DNA of 24,849 nt from assembly GCA_039208735.1 (NCBI GenBank), contig JBCCQY010000142.1:1-24849 (forward strand), written 5' to 3'. Shown piece after piece: positions 15,627-24,046 of this stretch. The number at the start of each line of letters is the position of its first letter. The first letter of the stretch is position 1. Made by a program: the position numbers and the translations under genes. The stretch is from Myxococcota bacterium. GTDB lineage: Bacteria > Myxococcota_A > UBA796 > GCA-2862545. Under the pieces are notes generated by a model. That model worked only from the letters and a program-made list of their open reading frames with translations, searched no databases and was not told the DNA's origin.

Positions 15627-16565
15627 TTAGCCTTGGTGGCGCCTCCGGTATTGGCTAGGCGAGCAACCGTATGACGAACGAAACGCTCGGCTGAAATGTG
15701 CGGCGTCGCTGAATCCCCAGCGAAACGCGATCTCCGAAATGGAGGCGCGTCGGTCGAGCAGCAGGTCACGGCGGCAGCGTTCAAGGCGAGCGCCCCAGAC
15801 GAATCGCCCGACCGTCCGACCGTGTTCGGCAAAGGCCCGGTCCAGTCCCCGCCGGGACAAGCCCAGGGTACGAGCCAGCAAATCGGCCGAAAGTGCAGGA
15901 TCGCCCAGATGCTCCAAGATGTGCCGCTCCGCGCGAGCCACAACGCGTTGCGCGGTCGTTGTGGGCTCTCCCGATTGGGTCGAGATCGCGGCCGCAAGCA
16001 GCTCGGTCGCACTCTTGAGCGCCGCATGCTGGCTCGCCGGCTCGAGGCCTTGTCGAAGCGCGGCCAAGGTGCGCAGTTGGGCGAGGAGCAGTGCGCCGCA
16101 ACCCGCCTTGGCGTCAAAGCGCTGGCCCAGGTGGCGATCGCGGAATCGTAGAGTCGGCAGCAGCAATTCTGGGGGCAACATCAAGGTCAGCTTGCGGAGC
16201 CGAACCGGCACCTCGAATGCCGTGGGCCGGGTGGTGTCCCAGAGCGTGAACTGTCCCGCCTCCAAGACGACGCTTCCTCCCGGCTGTTCGATCCGCTCCC
16301 TCCCCGTGACCACGAACAACACGCCCACCTGGTGCCGGGCCGTCTGCGCGAGTTCAGCCGGTCCACGATGGCCCCTGCAAGGGTCACACACGCAGGACAA
16401 CACCCGGCCCAACCCCACAGACCGTTCCTGCACAATGCCGTGGAACGCACCATCACGGCGAATCGGCATGTCCCACGACTCATGGGTGGACCGTACGGCC
16501 TCCCGCCAGTGGTCATACTGGCGGGCGCTGGGGATGCCATCTGTCGTAAGTGGTGCATTCGCCAT
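15627..16565 (-). CDS. AraC-family transcriptional regulator, FeaR/NitR-like
   Basis: N-terminal TTDGIPSARQYDHWREAV (FeaR-type ligand domain). C-terminal HLGDPALS..LA..LGLSRR.L..F, RLERCRRDL, SISEIAFRWGFSDAAHFSRAFR..YGCSP. Start ATG 16565 (track TTG 16571). Confidence 0.92.
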   Translation of the reverse strand: MANAPLTTDGIPSARQYDHWREAVRSTHESWDMPIRRDGAFHGIVQERSVGLGRVLSCVCDPCRGHRGPAELAQTARHQVGVLFVVTGRERIEQPGGSVVLEAGQFTLWDTTRPTAFEVPVRLRKLTLMLPPELLLPTLRFRDRHLGQRFDAKAGCGALLLAQLRTLAALRQGLEPASQHAALKSATELLAAAISTQSGEPTTTAQRVVARAERHILEHLGDPALSADLLARTLGLSRRGLDRAFAEHGRTVGRFVWGARLERCRRDLLLDRRASISEIAFRWGFSDAAHFSRAFRSSYGCSPSQYRRRHQG

Positions 16566-16620
16566 GGTCAACGAACGACGATACCGCAGGTTCTATCCTC
16601 GCGCTACCGCCCGTTTGGGG

Positions 16621-17040
16621 TCAGGCTTGACCAGCCATTTGTTCGGCTTGTTTGTCGGCAAAGAACTTCCAGTCCAGCATCATGGCCACCGACCCATCGG
16701 GATTGACGAAGGCCACGGGGCCATGGTTTGTAAAGAGCAGCTCGGTGTCTTCGAGGAATGTCGTCGACTCGTGATACACGCCGAGCGGCTCGTAGCCGTA
16801 GTCTCCAGAGACCGCGCGGCCCGCTCGGTAGTCCATCACCCCTTTCAGCATGAGGTATTCCCCCGCGCCATGGTGGTAGTGCGGAGGAAATCCGGACCCC
16901 TTGTCGCAGCGGAAGAGAACCGTCCAAACACCGGTTTCGGAGCTGGTCCGAAGCACTTTGTAGGAGATGCCGTCCCCGAATTCGATCCAGGGGAGTTCTG
17001 AGGTCCGGCAGAGCACATCGGCAGGGTTTTCATGGTTCAT
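16621..17040 (-). CDS. Cupin dioxygenase, Dke1 (acetylacetone-cleaving)/2,4'-dihydroxyacetophenone dioxygenase family
   Basis: Start moved to ATG 17040 (GGAG SD), 139 aa. GISYKVLRTSSETGVWTVLFRC..GSGFPPHYHHGAGEYLMLKG..YGYEPLGVYH..T.F..GPVAFVNPDG..LDW aligns by eye over its length with Acinetobacter Dke1. HxH plus a distal His gives a 3-His Fe site. Confidence 0.85.
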   Translation of the reverse strand: MNHENPADVLCRTSELPWIEFGDGISYKVLRTSSETGVWTVLFRCDKGSGFPPHYHHGAGEYLMLKGVMDYRAGRAVSGDYGYEPLGVYHESTTFLEDTELLFTNHGPVAFVNPDGSVAMMLDWKFFADKQAEQMAGQA

Positions 17041-17075
17041 CAGCGACTCCATGGGTCGATCGTCGTGCATCGACG

Positions 17076-17140
17076 ATGCTACCTGCGCGATGCGGGAGCT
17101 TCTTGCCTGGACCGGACACATCCCTGGTCTGTGTCGGACA
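17076..17140 (-). promoter_or_regulatory. Candidate AraC-activated promoter of the cupin gene: two direct repeats plus a -10-like hexamer
   Basis: Minus strand TGTCCGACACAGACCAG (17140-17124) and TGTCCGGTCCAGGCAAG (17118-17102) are 12/17 identical with a 22-bp period. TAGCAT (17081-17076) lies 20 nt downstream, so the proximal repeat overlaps the -35 position. Confidence 0.5.
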
Positions 17141-17282
17141 GTCCACAAACGGCGGACGCCCGACAACTGCCTACGCCAGCTCTGCGTCACCGGTTCCGAC
17201 CTTTTCGACCCACGTTCCAATGGACCCTCATCCGTTCGCGGGCCCCTACGATCATCCCCCCGATGCCGACTTGTCTACAGAT

Positions 17283-18710
17283 TCATGGAATTTGCTGAAC
17301 AGCTCGGAAGAACTTCCACTTCAGGTTGAGACGTTCAAAGCGACCAAGTTGGTCCCCAACGGTTTCGCCAGGTCCCAGGAAAAGCGTCCCTCCCTTGGTT
17401 TGAAGACCAAAGGACAGTCGACGGACGACGGAACGCTGGGCCCCCGGGCGCAAGTACATCAAGAGGTTGCGACACACCACCAAATCTAAGTTTGAATAGG
17501 GCGGATCCGTTAGCACATCGTGAACCCCGAACGTAATCATATTTCGAACAAAGGTTCGGATCCGCCACTCTGTGGCCGTTCGCTCGAAGTACTTCGAGCG
17601 ATAGGCCTGTGGCACACTCTCGATGTCCGAATCAGTGAAACAACCCAGTTTCGCACGTTCGATGGCCCCCCGATCCGCATCGGTTGCGAACAGACGAAGG
17701 AGGGACCGGCCTCGGGAGAGGTTTCCCTCCGTCGCCTCGAGCAATGCGATGGCAAGGCTGTAGGCTTCCTGCCCCGTTGAACAACCCAGAATCCAGATCC
17801 GACGGGCTTGTTCGACCCTCCGATATTCAGGAAGCACGTGTTCACTCAACCAATGCCATGCCTCTTGGTCCCGAAAGAAATCCGTTGTTCCAGTCAGAAA
17901 ATCCAACGTGAGGGCAGACAGCTCTGCCGTGTCTTCTTGAAGACGACTCGCATATCGTTCAACCTTGGAAAGGTCCGCGAGCCTCATTCGCCGGTAAATC
18001 CTTCGGGCGAGCGGGCTCTCTTTGTACAAAGAGAATTTAATGCCTGAAACGTCAGCGACCGAGGCAATGATGCCTTGAACGGCTCGCTCCGACTCGTCGA
18101 CTGGCCTTGGCGCCAAGCCAACCATCTTCTGCACCAATGCGCCAGGACTGAGAACAAAGTCGGCCTCTCCGGCCTCGATCGTGCGCCGGGGCATTCCGGT
18201 GGATTCCGCGGTGAGAGGGTCCTGCACCAGTACAACGCCACCGTGACGGCGAATCCTGGTCACCCCACGGGTCTCTTCCCCGCCTCGGCCCGAAAGAACC
18301 ACCGCGATAGCGCGTTCGCCCTGGGCATCCGCGAGACACTGAAAGAACAAGTCCACGGGCTGGGGACTGCCCACCACCCGTTCGCTTAGCGTTAGTCGTT
18401 GTCCAATGAAGCGCACGCGCTTGCTGTGGGGCAGCACGTAGATGACTCCGGGCACCACCATTGTGCCGTCAACCGCATGGGTGACCTCAAGGAGCGTCCA
18501 CGTCTGAATCTCCTCCGCCGACGTCGGGCTCATCTTAGGGGAGGGGTTTTCAATGATGAAATAGGCTAACGTGCGTTCAATGGGCAGCCGACGAACGATG
18601 TCCTGCAGCGCTTTGATCTCACCCGCCGACGATGCGATCCCTACAATTGGAAAGGGTGTCGCAAATGAAACAGGACTGTTGCTACCGGGGGTCTCTGACA
18701 TTGTTGACAT
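17283..18710 (-). CDS. CheB-like (degenerate methylesterase) - CheR methyltransferase fusion
   Basis: CheB-like IVGIASSAGE, PVDLFFQCLA, AVVLSGRG, GGVVLVQDP..GMP. CheR motifs TDFFRD, IWILGCSTGQEAYSLAI, FATD, HDVLTDPPYSNLDLVVCRNLLMY, LFLGPGE. Start ATG 18710 or 18701. Confidence 0.88.
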   Translation of the reverse strand: MSTMSETPGSNSPVSFATPFPIVGIASSAGEIKALQDIVRRLPIERTLAYFIIENPSPKMSPTSAEEIQTWTLLEVTHAVDGTMVVPGVIYVLPHSKRVRFIGQRLTLSERVVGSPQPVDLFFQCLADAQGERAIAVVLSGRGGEETRGVTRIRRHGGVVLVQDPLTAESTGMPRRTIEAGEADFVLSPGALVQKMVGLAPRPVDESERAVQGIIASVADVSGIKFSLYKESPLARRIYRRMRLADLSKVERYASRLQEDTAELSALTLDFLTGTTDFFRDQEAWHWLSEHVLPEYRRVEQARRIWILGCSTGQEAYSLAIALLEATEGNLSRGRSLLRLFATDADRGAIERAKLGCFTDSDIESVPQAYRSKYFERTATEWRIRTFVRNMITFGVHDVLTDPPYSNLDLVVCRNLLMYLRPGAQRSVVRRLSFGLQTKGGTLFLGPGETVGDQLGRFERLNLKWKFFRAVQQIP

Positions 18711-18901
18711 GCTCCCATGGGAGTACGCCAGCAAAGTGGACAGTTGTGGTAGGCATGGTTCTCCTGGCTTTGTTTGTTGCGAGTAGACCACACTCGGCCC
18801 ACAACGGAAAGGAAAATTCCCAACTTTCGCCCAAGAGTGCCCTGGCCGCCACGACCCTGTGGGCGAGGACTGAAATAGGCGCGAGGCTTGGATTGAGGCG
18901 C

Positions 18902-20107
18902 TTAGAATGCTTCGCCAACGTACAGGTAGAAGCCAGGGCCATCTTCACTGATCCCGAATTCGACCCGCGTGTAGATGTCGGAGGAGGGAAAGGTCAGCAC
19001 CCGCAGTCCGCCGCCGGCGGTGTAGAGTGGCCGGGCGTCGCGAAGCTCCGACCAGCTCGGGTAGACCGTCCCGCTGGCGACGAACGCAGCCAGGCCGATG
19101 CGTCTGGTAAAGCCGAGCGGCAAAGGAAGAATCCGAAGTTCAGCCTGCGCGGCGACGAGATGCCGATCTCGGTAGCGACCTCGGTAGTAGCCGCGCATCA
19201 TCCCATCGCCTCCAATGAGGCCAAGCTCATTGAACGGAAGGTCACCGCCACCGAACTGACCGAGAATCTGTCCGGCGAGGATGACGGACCGGTCGCGCGA
19301 AACGGGTCGATACCCACGCAGGTCTAGGTAGACATTGTGAAACGAGTACTCGCTGAGCAGTCCCGCGCGACTGGCGAGGATGGCCAGCTCCGCAAATGCT
19401 CCGTCACGGACATTGAGAGGGTTGTGCCGAGTATCGTAGGCAAGCCCAAGACCAGCGGTGACGTTCGTCGTGCCATCCCCCCCACGGGGAAGCGGCACCT
19501 CCCGCCCGTCCTCCGCCTCGAAACGCACGGCCCCCAGGCTCGAGATGCCGACTTCAGGCCCGAGGTACCACTCGCTCTGCCCCAACCGAAACAGCACCCG
19601 CTCCCGCGCAACGAGTTGGCGGGCGAACACCACCACCGAATCGTCGTAGCGCGCATCCAGACCGATGCCGTAGTACAGCAGTGGGAAATTCGCGATGATG
19701 CCTTCACCGAGGAAGGATCGGCGACTTCGATTCGAGAAGATGGCGTGTTCGAAGGTCAAGCCGTACTGACGGTTGAGCGTATAGAATACGTAGAGTGGGA
19801 CTTCGCTTAGGCGATTGTTCACATCGCCCCGGCTATGGAACAAGACCAGGCCCGACAGTCCGACCTCGAGGCGGGTCTCTGGAGCATAGGCCAGCACGGG
19901 GTAGGCGAGGAACTGCGGCTTTCCAGGATTCTCCGGTCCGTAGAGCAACGTGTAGACGTAGCGAGCCACCCCACGGTCCGGCCGCTGCCACTTCCGCTCG
20001 GTCTCGCCCTGCGACTCTGTCGAGTGTTCAGAGGGCGTTGCGCCGTCCGTTTCTTGAGAATGGGAGACGGAGGCCAGGCCAATGAGCGCTGGAAGGAGCC
20101 AGGTCAT
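18902..20107 (-). CDS. Omp85/BamA-TamA family outer-membrane beta-barrel protein without POTRA domains
   Basis: Signal peptide MTWLLPALIGLASVSHS from ATG 20107. YAPET, YDTRHNPLN, GG..MMRGY (lid-loop RGY motif) and C-terminal beta-signal FYLYVGEAF. Confidence 0.85.
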   Translation of the reverse strand: MTWLLPALIGLASVSHSQETDGATPSEHSTESQGETERKWQRPDRGVARYVYTLLYGPENPGKPQFLAYPVLAYAPETRLEVGLSGLVLFHSRGDVNNRLSEVPLYVFYTLNRQYGLTFEHAIFSNRSRRSFLGEGIIANFPLLYYGIGLDARYDDSVVVFARQLVARERVLFRLGQSEWYLGPEVGISSLGAVRFEAEDGREVPLPRGGDGTTNVTAGLGLAYDTRHNPLNVRDGAFAELAILASRAGLLSEYSFHNVYLDLRGYRPVSRDRSVILAGQILGQFGGGDLPFNELGLIGGDGMMRGYYRGRYRDRHLVAAQAELRILPLPLGFTRRIGLAAFVASGTVYPSWSELRDARPLYTAGGGLRVLTFPSSDIYTRVEFGISEDGPGFYLYVGEAF

Positions 20108-20330
20108 GGAGGAGGGTAAGACGAACGCGAGCGGGACGGCCAGAGGGAATTCTCCGATGGCCTTCACATCCTCGACGCTTGCCCCAGGACGCGATCAGCG
20201 CTCCGGGTGGGCAGCCACTCGCGCCCACCGCCGATCCATCCACCCTCTCGCGTGATCGCCGACCGTCGCCCGGCCATCGTTCACGTAGGTGCCCGGTAGA
20301 CTTCTGGAGGTCACGTCCACGGGAGGACCG

Positions 20331-20965
20331 ATGGCAACCCAATTGCAAACGCATGCGCTCCTCGCCCGACTGGAGCAGTTGGAAAGACGGGAGGCTCAGC
20401 GGAGGTCACGCAACCGAACGATCCGATGGGGCCTACTGCTCTGTGCTTTCGGGAACTTGGAAACGCAGTGATTCCCGCGGGAGCGCTGGTCTACTTCAAG
20501 AGCAAATCCTGCCCGGAAGGGTGGGGGGAAGCAACCGAAGGGTACGGCCGCACCATCGTGGGCATGGTCGGTTCTGCAGGCTCGCTAGCTGCTCAGGTTG
20601 GTCCTGCCCTCATCGATCAGGAAGCCCGCGTCCACGCGCACCAGGTTGACCCAGCCACTGCGACCACCGAGGACGCAGGCAGCCACAATCATCAGTGGTT
20701 CGAAGACGGTCTGCACACCTACACCAACACCGGAGCCGATCAGGGTTTGGTCCTGATGTTCCCGGATGGCGGAGGCACAAATCAGAGAGTGCTCCTAGAT
20801 GTTGGTGGCGTAGACTACTTTACCGACCAGCACGGGACCCACAACCATGCGTTCGATCAAGGCTCGTCTACCACCAACCCGTTGGAGCCCGAGCTTCGTT
20901 CTAGCGACTTCACAACGCTACCCTACATACAGTTCCTGCTTTGTGAACGACTTCCAGACTCTTGA
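20331..20965 (+). pseudogene. Split gene: coiled-coil/TM leader + phage tail-collar/tail-fibre-tip-like domain
   Basis: GGGAGG SD and ATG 20331 give MATQLQTHALLARLEQLERREAQRRSRNRTIRWGLLLCAF, which stops at 20471. An overlapping different frame (20426-20965) carries IPAGALVYFKSKSCPEGW..GRTIVG, three HxH motifs and LPYIQFLLCER. Confidence 0.6.
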
Positions 20966-21149
20966 AACCGAATCGGTGAATCCAATGACCTGGAGGGCAC
21001 CCAGCCGCTAAACCCGATGGCTGACGATCGAGAATGTGACTCGCATCCATTGTATGGAGTGGCCCATCCACCTGCTTGCCGTAACGTGCTCCCCGGAAAG
21101 TAGACCAACTGTATTTTCCAGTGAGGACAACCCATTTGGTCTCTGGGTC

Positions 21150-22040
21150 TCAAAGCCCGTTGCCTCCCAGTGCGCCTGGCTGTGCGATCGACGCGCGACC
21201 CATGTGGTCCATGAACGCGCGTACACGCTGATTGCTTCGTAGTTCGGCGAGCGTCAGGAGCCAGAGGTCCCGTCCAAACTCCTCATGCACGGGTCCTATT
21301 TGCTTCAGGTCAGGAAGTGTCGCTGCGTAGAAGCAGGGAAGAAAGTGCACGCCAATTCCGGCGGCAATCGCACGCCGTAGAACCATTGCACTCCCATCGA
21401 CAGAAAACACGATTTTGGCGCCAGCGGCATGCCGCTCCATCCATGCCGTCATCCAAGACGGAGAGGGTGAGCGAGGATCACGGCCGATCCATGGAAATTC
21501 TCCGTAGTCCGAACCCATGCCAACAGACTCGACCAAGACGGTACTGCCGTAGACAGCGAACTCTACCCTGCCCACGCGACGGCCAACGAGATGTTCAGGA
21601 GGACCGTTGGATAGACGTAGCGCTACGTCGGCCTCACGGCGTGACAGGGAAACCTCCCTGTTCTCGGCGCTAAGCGTGAACTCCACGCTAGGGTAACGGC
21701 CGCAGAATTCGGAGAAGTCTTCATAGAAGCTTTCGAACAAGAAATCGAGCGTCGAGACGCGCAGCGTTCCGCTAAGTTTGGTGTCCCCACCCAGCACGCG
21801 ACCCTCTGCAGCCAGAACCTCACCCTCGAATGCCGACGCAAGGTCTACGAGTTCTTGCCCCGCGTTTGTCGAAACGTACCCCTGTGGCGTTCGATCAAAC
21901 AAACGTACGCGTAGCTGCTCCTCAAGGGAACGAACGCGCCGACTGACCGTGGTGTGCGTCACGCTAAGCGAAGATGCTGCCTTGTTGAGGCTGCCATGGC
22001 GACCAACGGCAAGAACGTAGCGCAGACTCTCCCAGTCCAT
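21150..22040 (-). CDS. LysR-family transcriptional regulator
   Basis: MDWESLRYVLAVGRHGSLNKAASSLSVTHTTVSRRVRSLEEQLRVRLFDR HTH, followed by a LysR substrate domain (SLSRREADVALR, AGIGVHFLP, RVRAFMD). Confidence 0.95.
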   Translation of the reverse strand: MDWESLRYVLAVGRHGSLNKAASSLSVTHTTVSRRVRSLEEQLRVRLFDRTPQGYVSTNAGQELVDLASAFEGEVLAAEGRVLGGDTKLSGTLRVSTLDFLFESFYEDFSEFCGRYPSVEFTLSAENREVSLSRREADVALRLSNGPPEHLVGRRVGRVEFAVYGSTVLVESVGMGSDYGEFPWIGRDPRSPSPSWMTAWMERHAAGAKIVFSVDGSAMVLRRAIAAGIGVHFLPCFYAATLPDLKQIGPVHEEFGRDLWLLTLAELRSNQRVRAFMDHMGRASIAQPGALGGNGL

Positions 22041-22124
22041 TCGTCACCTTGGTTCACATGGTTTCTCGACTCTATTCCCGTGACGGTGAGTCGGTGTTCT
22101 TCCATGCCCCACGCACCCTGTTCG

Positions 22125-22379
22125 CTAAACTGACGGCTTGTGGGCGACCCATGCATTCAGTAGCACAGAGCGGTATACGAGTGCTGGTTCGTCGAACCCC
22201 GTCGACTGGATGAGTCGCGCCACCGCCGCGCTCGGCCATAGCGACATTCGACCTGACATCTCTTCGAATCGATCAGCCGGAAGGCGGTGGTATCGTAGTG
22301 TGTCGAGCCAGATTTCCATCAACGCACTGGAAGATGGTTCGTCTTTGTCGAATGCGAGGTCCGCATTGATCAACAATGC
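22125..22379 (-). pseudogene. 3' fragment of a class I SAM-dependent methyltransferase (CmoA-like)
   Basis: ALLINADLAFDKDEPSSSALMEIW..LWPSAAVARLIQSTGFDEPALVYRSVLLNAWVAHK* resembles a typical methyltransferase C-terminus. Upstream of 22379 the frame is antisense SDR sequence and has no SAM-binding motif. Confidence 0.65.
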
Positions 22380-22986
22380 CGGCCTACTCGCGCGAGATCT
22401 TTCCAGTTCGGTCGACGGTCTTGAAATGAACTTTGCCGTGAATGTAGCCGCCCCATGGTGGCTCACACACGCTGTTCTACCTGCACTTCGGCGCTCGACG
22501 CATCCACGGGTGGTCAACGTGACAGGGGGTGCGCCATTTGGCGGACTGGACGTCGACAACCTCCAGGCCGAAAAGGGATTTCTCGGGCTGAGCACCTACT
22601 CCATGGCCAAACGGGCGATGGAAGCAATGTCACAAGAACTCCGGCGTCGACTCGAGCCCGATGGCATCGACGTGGTGGTCGTATACCCGGGTGGAGCATC
22701 CACATCGATGACCCAGGGGATGAGCGCAGGACTGTTGCCTTGGTGGATGCGCCCGATGTGGCCCGTCTTCGCAATGTTCAGCAGGGACGACGGTGGCAAG
22801 AGTGCGAAGAAGGCGTCTCGCTCCTCCGTGTGGGCTGCCACGACCCGTGAGCTCGGCGTTTCTTCCGACGAGTTTGTGCGGCCGGACAAGACCAAGAAAC
22901 GACTTCACAAGACGGTCCTGGATCAGGATGCCCAGCGGACCGTCATCGAAACCATCGAATCGGCACGAAGCAACGCCGGAAGCTAA
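22366..22986 (+). pseudogene. 5'-truncated short-chain dehydrogenase/reductase (retinol-DH-like)
   Basis: LINNAG, DGLEMNFAVN, RVVNV, catalytic YSMAK and YPG are present. The N-terminal TGxxxGxG Rossmann motif is absent; 22138-22365 in this frame is antisense of the methyltransferase fragment. Confidence 0.8.
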
Positions 22987-23139
22987 TCCGATCAAGTGGA
23001 CAGATCGTAGTTGATGTCTCAGGTCGCCTGAGGCATTGGTGAGCGGGAGCCGAGAGCCTTCGAATTAAGAATTAATGCCGCAGTTTGCCTCAAACGACTG
23101 GGTATTCCTTTGCATCAAGGTCTAGCCCTTGGGGGAAAC

Positions 23140-24027
23140 GTGTTGCATTGGTGGAGTTCGGTGTGGACCCTCATGGCGTGCGCGCCGCCGGATGCCGAAG
23201 ATGTTCCAGTCGAAATCGAGGAGGCGACGGAGTTTTTGTTCGCGCATATCGACGATGAAGCGCCCGACACGCTCCAGTTGGTGATCGAACAGACGATCCT
23301 GCCGTATGTCCAGGCAAAACTCGACGCGGTGGTCGATCCATCCGACCCCTTCGATCCTGGCTACTTTACCGACCTTTCGCCGCTCACCGAGGCGAACCTC
23401 GGGTCCCTGTCGTTGCCTGAGGGCACGCTCGCCGAAGACCAGCGCGTTCCCGTCGCCCGCGCCTACCGCTCTCGCCACGCGACAGCATCCTTCCGTCAAC
23501 TCGCCGCCGTTGCGGATCGAACCTGCATCGAGCCCGAAACCACCCATTGGGCCCAGCGGGAGTACACGACCGACCCCGATTGCTACGCGAATGGCGAATG
23601 CACCTGGATCGCTGCGATTCAGCCAACGCTCAAGGTCAATCCCCTTGCTGCAATCTGGTACGACCAACACCTCGAGCAACGCAAACTGTCGATCGAGGTC
23701 GAGGACGAACCTTGGGACGTCATCGTCTCGAGAAGCTTCCTCACCGAATCCTGGGCTTCGAAAAACGGCAACAACCATTGGGACCAACTGTGGACCCTGG
23801 ATGTGGTGGTCGATCAGCCCGACGGCGCGGTCACTTGGAGCGCATACTGGAGTGCGATGCGGGTTCAGTGGCTAACCGATGGGATTTTGGCCACGAGCGT
23901 GCGGGCAGGCATGGTCGAGGCCAGCGCTTGGGCGGACCACTTCATTGCGCAAGGCACTCCGCACCCAGACTGCCCGCATGTCCGCGGCGCCCCCATGCCC
24001 GAACGTTGGCCCAACGGCTCGGAATGA
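23140..24027 (+). CDS. Hypothetical lipoprotein
   Basis: GTG 23140 after GGGGGA gives MLHWWSSVWTLMA-C (lipobox LMAC). Acidic body with several Cys; no domain recognised. Confidence 0.7.
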   Translation: MLHWWSSVWTLMACAPPDAEDVPVEIEEATEFLFAHIDDEAPDTLQLVIEQTILPYVQAKLDAVVDPSDPFDPGYFTDLSPLTEANLGSLSLPEGTLAEDQRVPVARAYRSRHATASFRQLAAVADRTCIEPETTHWAQREYTTDPDCYANGECTWIAAIQPTLKVNPLAAIWYDQHLEQRKLSIEVEDEPWDVIVSRSFLTESWASKNGNNHWDQLWTLDVVVDQPDGAVTWSAYWSAMRVQWLTDGILATSVRAGMVEASAWADHFIAQGTPHPDCPHVRGAPMPERWPNGSE

Positions 24028-24046
24028 GGGTGCCGAACTTGATCGT

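Noticed and set aside
15739..17001. 420-aa plus-strand ORF
   Set aside because: It is antisense to the AraC and cupin genes, Arg/Ser-rich and without motifs.
20426..20965. Prophage remnant suggested by the tail-collar-like domain
   Set aside because: No integrase, capsid, terminase, baseplate or other phage gene is nearby.
22138..22365. N-terminus of a full-length 282-aa SDR
   Set aside because: It has no TGxxxGxG motif, and this stretch is the reverse complement of a methyltransferase C-terminus.
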